Shown: piece after piece, positions 44,278 through 57,540 of the stretch
Layout: each line of letters begins with the position of its first letter
How positions within the stretch are numbered: the first letter of the stretch is position 1
Origin: Chrysomallon squamiferum
Lineage: Eukaryota > Animalia > Mollusca
Direction of reading: 5' to 3'
Length of the DNA: 64,000 bases
Assembly: GCA_012295275.1 (NCBI GenBank)
Contig: CM022670.1
Location: forward strand, 31,930,001-31,994,000
Notes under the pieces: model-generated
Told to the model about the DNA's origin: nothing
The model's input: the letters and a program-made list of their open reading frames with translations, nothing else
Database searches by the model: none
Position numbers and translations under genes: made by a program

Positions 44278-45768
44278 AGATCTAATGGGACACATTCAGT
44301 GATTAAAAAACCTTATAACTTGCTAAATGATAAGAGGCTGCAGTCTTCTTAATTCATATCATATACAAAACTGAAAAATTACATTAATAAAATATTCACT
44401 TGATGAATTTAGCAATAATAATTTTAAAAAGGAAATTTTAAAAATAAAATCAAAACTTTATATGTAACTTTTAAAATAACATTCAGTGTGCTAAAATTTA
44501 GATATTATTTACTTAACAGAATTTTTTTATTTAAAATATACACACACAGATACATAATTTTTTTATATGTTCATATTGTGATTATTTTATATGATGTTTA
44601 AAAGTAATATTAGATACTTCAGTAAGTAATAACATGAACAAACACATACAAGTCATTCTTACATTTCACACGTACAGGATGTTCAGACTGTAATTATTTT
44701 AACTGAATATATAATGACATCAATACATAATGTGAATGTCATACTGAGTTGTATATCAAACAAGTTTTAACATCTTCTAACTCAGGTCATATCAACAATA
44801 TAAAGTGTTCCAGTTAATTTTGTTGTTGTTGTTGTCATCTAAACATGTGTTGGCATGATATTAAAAAAACAAATCACATTTCCAAAAACCTATCTTAACT
44901 ATTTTATTGTTTACATGACAACCAAGCCCAAACAAGTAGTATGCCAACCATTAAATGTGCCGTTTCTATTCACAGTGTACACAAATAGAATTACCAGTAT
45001 CTCCTAAGATTACAAAAAGGTTACTGATAAGCTACTATATACTTTTTTGTTATCTTCATTCTTTTGGGGAAACTAAATAAAAGGTACAACCCATCTCATG
45101 AGCAGCCTTAACCTTCAGCTCTTTGCACTTTATGACCTCTTACAAACTTGTCTATACACAATGAAAACTTAGCCACTGTTACTGGCGGTAGACTCTGTAA
45201 TGGGAGTCCTATGATTCAGTGAATTGCCTTGGTAATTAAATTTACTTACAGAATAAACATGCTACACAGCACACCCTAGGGGTTCATTTAAAACATAACA
45301 ATGGGCTTTCTTGTGCTTACTGCTGGTATACTGTAGTTAAGTATATCACACTACATACAAAAGATGCTTGATCAGATTTTATAATTAAAAAAAAATATTT
45401 TTTTTGTTAATAAATATTCTTAATATTTTTTACTATTATTATTAATTTTCCTCTCTTTTTTGTTCTTTAGATTTGTGTAAAGTTTATTTTATTTATTTAT
45501 TATTATCATTTTTTTTGTTGTTGAAGATCTGGATATGATGCTCTATCAACATTTCTTCCATCACTAATTTATGAGACTTTTATTAATATGCATACAGGGA
45601 CTGAAAACTATCACGGAATATACTGTCTTACAGTAACTATACTTTGCTTCTATATCATTGTAATCCCAGCAGTTAGATTAAAATATGATAAAAAATGCTG
45701 TATTTAATACTATAAGTAAATATAATGTGTATAATATGTGCATGGATATGTGATTCTATGCATATGTA

Positions 45769-45772
<4 letters not shown>

Positions 45773-45804
<32 letters not shown>

Positions 45805-45830
45805 CGCGCGCATGTGTGTACATATGTGTG
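45773..45830. repeat. (TG)n microsatellite with CG-rich extension (cgagcgcgcg)
   Basis: Directly visible. Confidence 0.85.
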
Positions 45831-46504
45831 TTGTGAAGAAAAACAAAATGAGGTAGAGCATACGTGTTTCCACAAAGTTTCAATTTATCATCAGTAGGAG
45901 AAAAAAGACACTAGTGTATGCACAAGATCTGTGTAAAGTTTAGAAGACATCTCTTGCATAAAAAAGGTTACAGGTTATACAGACAGTAGACTGAACTGCA
46001 TAATGCAAGGTAAATCTACTTATATTACACAAGTCAGTTAAAGATGAATAGGTCATATATTTATGGAGAAGAAAATAGTTTATCATCATTAACATGTCAA
46101 AGATATATGTGAAAAACTCTAAATTAAATGAAAAAAATATGACTATAAAATTTTTGTTTACCAAAAGTTAATATGAGTACTTACCTATTTTGTATTATTC
46201 ACTTTTTTATTTCTATTTTATTTTGTTTTTTAAAAATGTTTGGTTTTGTGAAGAATTTTTTCTACTTGATCTCTTATTTCACAGAGATGTACCTTTAAAT
46301 GTGATTAAGTGGCAACCAGATACTAATATTTTGTCTAGTCATCAAATAAATTAAATCTCCAACTTTTTTTTATGGTTCTGTTATTAATCCTGAAAGCTTG
46401 TTTCTAATTTTATAAACATTTTATTTTAAATTAATAAATAAAGTTACTATGAAATAAAAATCACAACAAAAAATTTCATATTAAATACTCATAATTTATT
46501 ATTA

Positions 46505-46830
46505 TGCCACAACCCATCATTTACCATTATGCCAAATGACAAAATTTCCCACAATGCATCTTTTACAAATATGTTACAACACACCAACATTTACCACTGT
46601 TCTACAACCCATTGTGAACCACTATACCACGACCCATCATTTCCCATAATGCATCTTTTACAAATACACTATAATCAGTCATTTACAAGTGATTATGGAC
46701 CATCATTTACCATTATTCCACAACCCACAATTTACCACAATGCATCATTTACAAATATGTTACAACCTATCATTTACCAGTGCTGCGACTGGTTAAGGAC
46801 TATTGTTTACCATAATGCAACATTCTCTAC
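46505..46830. repeat. Degenerate tandem repeat built from acaacccatcatttacca / aatgcatcttttacaaatatgttacaac units
   Basis: Recurrent units at ~46509, 46542, 46603, 46629 and 46720. Explains the ORF 46529-46870. Confidence 0.7.
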
Positions 46831-47064
46831 ATCTTATTTTGCCAAATATCTAAATGTTTCAACCTATTAAGGAAGACACTGACTTACAACCAATTCTACA
46901 ATAACCTGACATTTTACCTCATAATCTAATCAAACAGTCACCATTTCAACTATCTAAAAGATCTTGTAACATATCAATAGTAATATTTTAAGCTTAATCT
47001 TTCTACTTAATGCATTATTTTTCACATTCTTTCAGTTTTTAAACTTGATGAGTCATTGCTTGTA

Positions 47065-47215
47065 CTTAGAGCACTTGTCCAAGGTATGTGCTGTCAGGTG
47101 ACTGGACTATTTTATATTTCAACAAGTGCTCCAACACTGATTTATCAAAGGCTGTGGAATATGCTTTCCTTTGATTTTGGAAGTGCTGATAACAAAATTC
47201 ACTTTTTGCTCCATA
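47065..47215 (+). mobile_element. Degenerate SINE fragment (tRNA-derived, mollusc-type), head and core
   Basis: ggactattttatatttcaacaagtgctccaacactgatttatcaaaggctgtggaatatgctttcc resembles a recalled gastropod SINE core (gggctatttctcgttccagccagtgctccacaactggtatatcaaaggccgtggtatgtgctatcc). It is partly complementary to the cagcacataccatgaactttg copies elsewhere in the window. Confidence 0.5.
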
Positions 47216-47398
47216 ATAACAAATCCCAGAGTGACTTCATCTGGTTTCCTTTCCAACTTTACCACAAATTAAAATTTAAAAAAACATTTATTTTTCTGCT
47301 TCTCATATTAATTTACTCCCTTTTTTCCTTTTTATTATTATTATATAGTTTTAATTTAAATTACAAAATAGTTCTTAAAGGGAATCAAGGATAAATAA

Positions 47399-47400
<2 letters not shown>

Positions 47401-47462
<62 letters not shown>
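47401..47462. repeat. (AG)31 microsatellite
   Basis: Perfect dinucleotide run. Confidence 0.95.
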
Positions 47463-47463
<1 letters not shown>

Positions 47464-48564
47464 AGAAAGTGTTTTTGAAATGAAGTTTTAAGTTACTGTA
47501 TTATATAATTTGTTAATTAAGATTCCTTATAAAAATATTTTAAAAAATTAAATAAAATTTTAATAGAAAGCTATATATCATCTTGTCAAACACATTTTTT
47601 ATGAATATGTTCATTTTGAAACCCACCAACTTCCATATGTGCCTTCAAACACAGGAAACACCTTAAACTGGAGCAAGAGAGAAAGGAAGAAAAAAAAGTG
47701 AAGATGATTTCAACATTCCAAAGTTATGGCAAATAAAATAATACAATTCAGCATCCTGTCCAGGTCAAAGACCCCATCTGGCAAATATTTCATCTGCAAG
47801 GTTTGAAACATGATACAGACAGGCGTACATCAAACCCTAAGTATATTCATCTCACCCCTAACTTTATTACTGTTTTTAATAAGGGCAATCACAAATATTT
47901 TATAGCCACAGTGCACAAGTCCGGCCAGTAATTCTGCTGATTACAGGAATCTAAAAACACCTTAAAAACGAATACACCCCACAGATGCTCCATAAAAGAT
48001 GATTCATGTACATGTTTTGCAAGAGAGAGTTGGTTGATAAGCACTGCCTCTATATATACATATGAGTATATATATTCACATGAGACTTGGCGAGTGTAGG
48101 TAACACTGTTGGATCTGCATTAACAAGCCTATCTTAAAGGGAACCCATAAACTAAGGACAGCGTGGTGCCTGCAGCTGAAGCCATCAAACAGTGCAGTGT
48201 GTTATATATTGTCATGCTGCTCCAAATGACTATTATTAAAAGGATTAATCTAATTAATAAAATTGGTAACAAAGTTAATATTCTTTTCACTTTCATCATT
48301 TATTATTATTATTAGATGTTGAAAAAACTGAAACATTTTATTACAAAACTGTTGTAATTTTTTTTTTTTACATTTCTGATACATGATATTACTGATCTTT
48401 TCTCCTTTTTTTGTTGTAAAAGTGGTTCTCCAAAAGACTTAACATACTAAGGTTTTTAAATCAGGAACACATCTATTTATTCAATAAACAGAAACAACAG
48501 AAGCCAACTTTAAATATTTTTAAAAGAATTTGGGCAAATAACATCTGATGAACAAATAAATAAC

Positions 48565-48595
48565 ACAGACCAGCACATACCATGAACTTTGTAAA
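48565..48595 (-). mobile_element. Short dispersed repeat/SINE remnant (cagcacataccatgaactttg)
   Basis: 21 bp identical to 52277-52297. The 16-mer gaccagcacataccat also occurs at 10824-10839. Confidence 0.5.
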
Positions 48596-49213
48596 AATAT
48601 ATTAATATTTATTAATACCAAATTCAGATGAAAACTTGTTACAGTTTTACAATTATCTTATGTGATTGTGAATGTCATTAATGATTAACTAATCATACTT
48701 CAACATTATGCTTTGTCATCAGATATTTCATGTTAAACAAATGGCAAATGTGAGACTAAAGGGCAAACAATTATAGAAGGATTTAAACTGAACCAATCCT
48801 TTAATGTATAAACTTCTTATCAAACTGAATAATACTTGGGAAGAAAAGCAGCATTATAAGTAACATCAGAATTCATTGCATAATTGGAAAACATATTAAT
48901 ATCAAACACATGTTAATTGTGACATCTGAGTAAAGGCATGAAACCACATACTCAGACTGCTTTTTTATTTAACATTTAATTTTTTTTATTTTGTTGTAGC
49001 TGTGGATAGCAATATTAGGCAAAATGCAACCAAAAGTTTTGCTATAATTTGTTAACAAATAGTTGTGCATTATTAAAATGTATACAACAAACAAAATTAA
49101 ATTATTATCTGAAAGAATTATGTTTGGTGTGTTTGTGTATATTTATGTACATTTATCTAGAGTGTATATGTTGTAAGGTTTTATAATTATGAATATATGT
49201 GTACTGGCTTGAA

Positions 49214-49327
49214 AGTGTTGTCGGATATAGACATGTATGTGTTGTGTGGATATTTGCATGTATGTGTTGTGTGGGCATAGGCATGCATATGTGTTTTATG
49301 GACATAGGCTTCAATATATATGTGGAT
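49214..49327. repeat. Degenerate ~26-bp tandem repeat (gtgttgtgtggatataggcatgtat)
   Basis: About four diverged copies are visible. Confidence 0.65.
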
Positions 49328-52276
49328 CAGAAGATATGTGTTATTCTGTTTATTTTCTTAAGTATCATTAAAACCCATTGGCACAAGTATAAACATTGAA
49401 AGAAATGTAAAAAACAATCATGCTCAACATTTTCAATATTTGAAAAACCTCCATTAATAATGAATATAAATTTAAAATCATTTAACCATTCTCCATGTAT
49501 CAACAACAAGAAGAACAGAAAAACAGAGCATCAAGTACATGGAAATGTAGTTTTGAATTCTACTGCTACATGTACTGCCCAGTTCTGCTGATCTGTGCAC
49601 AATGTGCCAGAATGAGTCAGACAAGATGCTTGAAGGTTCTATTACATTTTATCATCACTAAATAAATAAACCACAATAAGATATTTCAGGCCAAGATATT
49701 TTTAAAATAATCACTAATCTGTCTCATTTTTTGCATTTTTTTCTCTAAAAATATGTTAGTGTTATGCTATTTATTAGCTCATCATACACTGCTGGTTTTA
49801 TTTAGACCCATAAAAAGGTATTGTTTTCTAAATGGCGTCACAAATACTAAAAGTGCATGATGAAATTCTTCAGCTCCAAAGTTCATGAGAAAAGGTTCTT
49901 CATATGAGATTATTCTGGCCAGAAAGATTCAACTAAAGCAAGTTTGATTCAAAATATTGCTGATGCATCATGGTTAAAGATTGGGTGGGGGTATTTTGAT
50001 AGAGGAGGTAATCTACCTGTGATAGATAAAAACAGATATAAATATTACCGTATATAAACATACCACTGTCGCTGAAGAATGCAAATAAATATGTTAAATA
50101 TGATTCATACAAACAAAAAATCCTGATGAAAGATTTATTGGAATGCAAGAGTTCTTCATTTAATTCTCTTCAGGTTTGCTGGGGGACTTTTTGTTGGTTT
50201 TGGGTTGTTGTTTTTTTTTTTTTTTTTTTTTTTTTCATTTTGAAACAAATATTACCATTCATTGGCAAGATGAGGTGATATCAAAGTAGCAATACATATT
50301 TAACAGCTAAACATTCATTTAGGCTAACTGTGTGTAAAGCAGTATTCTTGTTTCAATTATATGATTAAAACAATATATGCATTTTTTACTTTTTACCACA
50401 TCAATAGGTCCAACAGTATTACTATGGAAATTGGAGAACTGTTTAACTTAGAAATGATCACCCATATTCAGAGGATTAAACTGCATCATCCTGCTATGGA
50501 GTAACACATTATACTTTTTTCTGTTTCTACAAAACCAGAGATACATAATACCTTATTAATAGGAAATTTCTATTTTGAGTCTTCTAACAAACACTTGTTA
50601 AATAATGTATATAAGAATTATCAGTGAAAAGCATTCCTTTCCTTTTAAGAATGCAACAGTCCACATGCCACTGAACAGTTTACAACTAATGATTGTTTTA
50701 AAAGAGAAACCTATAATGTTATATAATGTTAAAACTATTAAATTTCTATACTAATATTCCACTAACTGCATAAACTAGATCATGTATGTGAAGATAACAA
50801 GTTCTAATTTATCACAAAGTTAAAACATTAAAAATGATGAAAAGGTATCAAAGCAAAGATTCTAATTTTAAACTATACAAAGATTCAAAAAGCCAAGAAT
50901 CTACTCCTACACTTCAATACTGTATAGTTACAAAAGAGGTTCCAAAAACTCATATATCAAGAAACAAGACAATTTGTAATGACCATCTCAGTTACTATGC
51001 CAACATTTAATATGTCCAAGAGAAAAAAATGGCCAAAAATTCTCATTTGATAGTGGACTGCAACTATGTGCCATTTGAAATACAATTAGACCATTAGTGA
51101 GCAAGGGAGGTCCAAGGCAGCAAGAATTGATAATAAACTAGAGAAAGATAATGCCATAAGACCTGGGATGATAAGCCAAGACAGTTAACACATCAAGATC
51201 CAGGATGGTAAAGGATCGATATTCTCTCTGTAGATTTGTACAAAATCCGCATAATCAATCTCAAAGGAGAAGGAACAAACACGTCAATATAAAAAGAAGC
51301 CAGAAGCCTCTTAGCTGCAATGGTCAATCAAGACCATCACTGGTGTAACGGTTACTGAATAGGCATATGTTCCACACAACATACATCATTAACATATAAA
51401 GTAGAAGAGATTTTTTTTTTTTATCTCAAGTGGATATTATCAATACAGTGAGAAATGAAAATGTTTATTTCTTCAGATGCTGTGAAATGTAATGTTCCCT
51501 GCTACCATCATTGTTAACTAATTATATTACATATTCATATCATACATTCAGGATATGATATCTAATCAAGCTGCAACTTGATCCTAATAACATCACACAC
51601 AGTTTCTGTGCAGTAGAACTCTAATTAACCAGGTCACATCTCCAGACTTGATGTTAAACTATAAGGTTTCAAATCACTATTTCTTAAAGTTAAATGTAAT
51701 GATGAAAATTCAATTCCATTTAGTGTTTTTGTGAAAATATAGTTGAATTTATTAAAATAACTGAATTTAAATTTATAAGTAAATAATACCAAAGGTTTAT
51801 GTTTATTTTGATGAAAACATAATTTTATAATATAATGAAAACATTGATATTTTATATTTTATTTCATAAACAATTATTAACCAGCATTAAAATTAAAAAG
51901 AATAAATGAATAACCTCTTCAATATTTAAGAACATCTCAGCATATGTTTTATAATAATATCTAATAGATAGCAGTTTTATGTCCATAATGATAAAGTGAA
52001 ATAAAAATCCTCAAGGTACATTCTTTTTAGCAGCAAAATGTATTTTATTACAACCTTACCACAAACCATAAAACACACACAAGTCAAAGCTTGTTTTAGT
52101 CAAATGCAGGTTTCTCACTTTAATAAATACAAATAATAAATAACCATACAGCTCATCTCACATACCAAAAAAAAAAAAGAAGAAGGAAAGAAAGAAAAAT
52201 AACAACAAAAGATTCTGGTATCAAGTTTTAAAAACTATCTATTTACTTATTATAATTATTTTTTTTAAAGTCATCT

Positions 52277-52300
52277 CAGCACATACCATGAACTTTGACA
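52277..52300 (-). mobile_element. Short dispersed repeat/SINE remnant (cagcacataccatgaactttg)
   Basis: 21 bp identical to 48571-48591. Confidence 0.5.
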
Positions 52301-53411
52301 TCTAAAATACAAAGAAACTGAGGTAATCCATTTAACAAATGCCCTAAGAACTGATCCCACAGTCATATCCTATTCCTACAAAATTTCTGAGAACAAAATT
52401 TATTTCTGCTGTAAATCTTGTGTTACTATCACTTTGAAAAAGATAATAGGGAAGAAAAGAAGAGGGGGGGAGAGAAAAAAAAAGATTCTGTCTGCTCACT
52501 TATGTATAAATGTTAGTAGGTTGAACATCTTTAGCCTTTCAACAAGTTTAATCAAATGGACAGTTTTTATGAGAACCACCAAAGAAGAATGTAAAAAAGA
52601 AAAAATTTAAGTTAAAAAAAAAAGAAAAAAGAAAAGAAAATCCACCTTTTGAATGATCTTGATGTCAGGATTTCATTTCAAAAAGGGGCATAGACTTTGT
52701 TTAAACAAATGGGTGCCATCTTGTAAAATATATCAAAGATTCTTTGGCTACCAGTGAAACTTCAGATGACACATCACCAAATATGGTGTTTAGGACAACA
52801 TTCTTGGCTTCAGAAAAAAACATCTTTTGCATACAGCCACACAGCTGTCTGGGGTATGTGTTTTTTCTTTTTCTTTTTTTCTGGCACTGAAGGTTTATAT
52901 GTAAGTAAAGTTTATTGCCAGTTCTAATGTTACAAATGTCTGGTGATGCTGCATCCAGGAAGTGTGGCTCTTGAGGGGTGAACATTGTCACCAGCTGTAG
53001 TGTATCAAACTCTGGGATTACCACAAATAGTTTCCTTTGAGAAAAACAACACCAACCAGAACTGAAACTAATGGTAGAATAAACATATATTAGTTTACAA
53101 GGATTTAGAACATGTGGATCAGTGATATGAATTTGTTACCTTGTATTTCCAGAATATTTTTTAAAACACAAAAAAGCCTGAATGAATGAATAATGACTGC
53201 AACAGAAAAACATGTGGTTAACAGCAGTATTTTTAAAGTTATTTATTGTTTTTTTTAAATTTATTATCATAACAAAATCTAGATAATGTGTGTATACATT
53301 TTCCATCACTAATGATTAAAAATTTTATTTAAAAAAGGATCAATCAATACAGTAATGCACACAAAATCTTAATCCAGCACCTATAAATACACTACCACCC
53401 CCTTTATTAAG

Positions 53412-53494
53412 CTCTGGATTGGAGCCAGAATGAAGACATGAACCCAATACCTACCACACTTGAGGTTAATGGCATGACCTGTGTGCCAGCAAGG
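53412..53494 (-). mobile_element. Degenerate tRNA-like SINE head
   Basis: Minus strand ...tggtaggtattgggttcatgtc...tggctccaatccagag has a decayed B-box (GGTTCRNNNC) and resembles a recalled gastropod SINE head (ctggtaggtactgggttcgcatcccggtaccggctccc). Confidence 0.4.
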
Positions 53495-55210
53495 GTTTAG
53501 TGTTCTAATCAAAGTGCAGTTTATATATGGTTGGAGAAGAGGTCAGACAAGGTGATGGGTTTAATTTTACACAGCTCATCAAGAGTGCATGTCACTGTGC
53601 TAAACATAGGACAGTTGAAAAGGTGAGATGTCTCAAGTGGCGTCACTTCTAACACCTTCATCTTTTATGGAAAAAAGTATTAGATTATTTCAGTAAGCAG
53701 TACAAAACATCAGTTGTTAATCTGAAGAGTTTTACACAAGAAGCAATTACTGCATCTGGTTTCAGTATATTATAAACATTTTTTTTTCTAAAAGATATCC
53801 TGTGTCTGCTTTTTTGCTAATAGTTTAAGACTACCAAGATAATCAGTTCTTGCTGGACTTTTAATTTATTTTGGAATTTTAAATATTTCTTGGTAATACA
53901 GCTACCTCTTTCACTATCAATTTTATAATGAAATATCAAATGTTCTCTGAGATCCGTTTTGAGGTTTTTAAATCTCAGACAGCATGGAAATAATCAATCA
54001 TCTTCTGTTATTGTTGTGAGGTTGTTGTTGAAGGTATTGGTTTTGGATATCTTAATAAGTCTAATAATCAGATATGTTTTTTCAAAACTGTTTGGTTAAA
54101 TTTATAAAATATGTGAAAATGTTATATTTTTATTTTATTATTAACCCTCTAACTCTTTTCAACTCAAAATAATTATTTATGTATATAATATTAATAATTT
54201 CAAGCACATTTATATTTTAAGAGTTTCTTCTACAAATTATATGGAAACAAAAGAAGATAAACAACAGGTCTAATATTGACACTACAAACTACAAAAATAT
54301 AAAATTTGGTTTGTTACTGTATTGAATTATTTTGTATTGATTAAGAAAAATGTTAATTCAACATATATATTGAAAATGTAGCAGATATATCTTAATTATT
54401 CATAGGAAAAAAAAGTTCTTTAAACATTAAAAACAAAGTGGAATTCACATCATGGGTTTTAGATTTATGTTTTGGAAAATGAAAAATGTTATAACCTGTC
54501 CCACTTTGATTAATGAAAACAAGGCTTCTATAATTTAAAAAAAAATTAACTATTCAGAAATCCATCTCTCTTTCAGGACCCAAAGTTGTATGTAACACAA
54601 TCATTGTTACTGCTAGAAACATTCAGAAATAATACTTCTGGACATTTTGTTTAATTAATATAATTATATGTAGATAAAACTCAGAGCAAGCATAATGAAA
54701 AACAGAGTGCTGTGTTTATAATGTATAACTATCCACCTAGTCAACTTAAGGTACAGCCTAGCCCCTCATTAGGGCTAATTTTCCTTCTGGGAGATTTCAA
54801 AATGGGTCAATTACTGTCAGTCTGTTCCACAAGGTGGTAATCAGCCACCACTAGCTCTGTATGGATTCCATATCTGGATGAAATGGTGAATATTTTATAA
54901 GCATCTATTAACAAGATGAAATTCACTAAAACCACTACTGTCATTTTTAGATTATCAACACTGAATATGGGCAGTGCACTAAAAAATATGAAATTTGGTC
55001 CATTTTATTTTAACTAAATGAAAATATATCATAAACATTTTCTGTATCTTGGAAGTATTCAAGAACTCTAAATAATAAAAATATGAATTGTTTAATAACA
55101 GAACAACACTTACCAGACATTTAAATACAAAATAACACGAGTTGAAAAAACAATAATAATAGTTCAACAGTATAATAAAACTTATAATAATACTAATAGT
55201 TATGATGATG

Positions 55211-55217
<7 letters not shown>

Positions 55218-55274
<57 letters not shown>
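55218..55274. repeat. (TAA)n microsatellite
   Basis: Perfect trinucleotide run preceded by (GAT)n. Confidence 0.93.
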
Positions 55275-55276
<2 letters not shown>

Positions 55277-56809
55277 TTTTGGAAGATGAAAATGGAAATA
55301 TTTTTTGTGTATTTAAAATGTTTTCACTAAAGACATGATAAAGAATGGTAATAATAGGCCTAACCCTTATTTGCTGTAATAACCAGAATTAAACATCCAA
55401 GTCAAGTAAAAACCCACTTCTGTGTACCAAACAAAACATTAAATAATGATGTGTCATTATTGTCCAATTAAAGAGATAATTTACTGTTTACACAGTAAGA
55501 CCATCCCTAACATTTACTGTCAGCAAATAAAACAATTGTTTTGAAAATATGAAAAGATTTAAATATTTATTATTATTATTCGCTCTTTATGTCAGAGGTT
55601 TTTACGTTGACGGTTATATTTATTCTGACAGACATAAAATAACAGACATAAAAAGTTTGAATCTTTTCATTTAATTTCTTCTCTTTTATTGTGTCTTATC
55701 TTTTTCTTTTTCTTTTTAAAAAAAATCATTTTGTTGATTAAAAAAGCAGAAACAATTAAGTTTGAGTTCTTTCTTAATCTTTTTTATTGTTGCTGTTACA
55801 ATTATTATTATTATTATTTTCTTAACAAACATTGTTTTATATTACATAAAATTTGTATACTGTAAGGCATGTAGGTGAGTGCTTTTTTTTTTTTGGGGGG
55901 TGAAATTCCGTGCAACTTTCACATAATCTAAGACAACTGACAGATCCAAACCATCTATATTTTATAATGTCTTACAATCAATACTTCAACCCAAATTGCA
56001 TTAAACTGTGCAATAAAAATGCAGCACCAGCCAGAACACATCCATTGTGCCAAGCTATTACTTATGCAGAAATAAATAAAACCAACACCGAAAGTAAATT
56101 AGCTTCACAGAGTAAAAAAAAAAAAAAAAAAAAAAAATCTACAACACATAATCCATAAAACCAAGCCGTAGTCCAAAATATTGCGTAACAGAATTCCCCC
56201 CACCCTACACCACTAAGTCTGGCTATGCAGCCTAGATGAATTGCAACTTCCACTGGTCTTATCACTCTGGTATAAAATACAGCAACCGTAAATGGTCTGT
56301 GGCTTGCGTCAATCAATATGCGACAATGATTGTGTGTTATTGACCACTTCTCGGGCTCCTAGTTTGGTGCAATCCACGTGATATGCAGAAACATTCAACA
56401 GGCTGGGAAAGTGACGTATTCAAATTGGCCAAGAATGATGAGAAAAATATTAAAACCCGTGAAGCAACACACCTTCATTTTAAATCTTTCTTGTATGCAG
56501 GACTGGTATAGCTGTTGTACACTTCACCAAAAGAAGGATGAAAAGATCAGTGAAATTATCCTTTTTCATGAATTTTTTGCAGTGATTTCTCATTCTGACA
56601 AGTAAATTCTTGCCAATACATCAAGAAAAACAATATTTCAATATTATTCTATTTACTGTTGCATATATATCCTATCATTTCTTTGTAGAAAATGCATCTA
56701 AAACACTGCTCAGTTCTAACAAAATGATTTCATCTATTTTATTGATGTACCTTTTTTTCCCCCAGAACTACTTAACATTCAAAGTCTAATTACACAGCAA
56801 AGCAACAGA

Positions 56810-56892
56810 AAGTTGACCATACATCAGATACCTAATAGCTGCCGATTAAACAATGTGCTAAGGTATCATTAAACTAACATTCCTTTCCCTTC
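56810..56892 (+). mobile_element. Degenerate SINE 3' tail
   Basis: gaccatacatcagatacctaatagc...aatgtgctaaggtatcattaaactaacattcctttcc resembles the recalled SINE tail ending gtgtcgttaaa...cattcc. Confidence 0.4.
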
Positions 56893-57474
56893 TGGTGTGC
56901 AGGCTATCAGCAGCAATTCCTGTAATAAACAACAAGTAAAGATAATCTATCTGTACTCATCCGCTTTGGCTTCTAATAAGCTTCTACACTGCCAAAGGCC
57001 TGGGATAGTGTTTACAGCTGTTTATTGCAGCCATCATTGTGTTGTCCACCACTAATTACAGTCATACTGGACAGCATGTACCTACATCTTTGTTTCTTCA
57101 GCACTAATGTATCTGATTTACTGATGATTTGTAATTTGATACTCAGAAAAATATTCATATACAGTATTTGTTAAATGTTTACTTTGAAAATATATATTTC
57201 ATTATTATTTGCTTGTGTTTGTAACTGTGCATTATACTGTTGTTTATTTATTTATAATGAATATTATTTGGATTATTGGTGTTTGTAAATATTCTATCAT
57301 ATTGTTATTTGTTTTTTTGTGTTTCTAAATATGTATTATATTAATTACTGTTTGTGTTCATAAATGTATTTTATATTGATTATTTAATATGTTTATGGAA
57401 TTTTTATAACTAGGCTTTTCAACAAAAACTGAAATGAAAAACTTTCAAGCTTGTTAAATTCTGGGTGGTAGGGA

Positions 57475-57540
57475 ATAATGAATGAATGCATGAACATTTA
57501 ACTATATCTCAGCACAAAATTTCATTGGTTATTGGGTGTA
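57475..57540 (-). mobile_element. Degenerate SINE 3' tail with (GAAT)n end
   Basis: atgaatgaatg...tttaactatatctcagcacaaaatttcattggttattgggtgt resembles the reverse complement of the recalled tail (gaatgaatgtttaacgacaccccagcacaaaa...catcggctattgggtgtc). Confidence 0.4.

Noticed and set aside
46529-46870. 113-aa ORF with internal repeats (HNASFTNMLQ)
   Set aside because: Coincides with a degenerate tandem repeat. No domain or splice evidence.
52701-53024. 107-aa minus-strand ORF on the same strand as the kinase
   Set aside because: No kinase N-lobe motifs (GxGxxG, VAIK, HPNI), runs through an A-rich low-complexity tract, and has no convincing splice sites.
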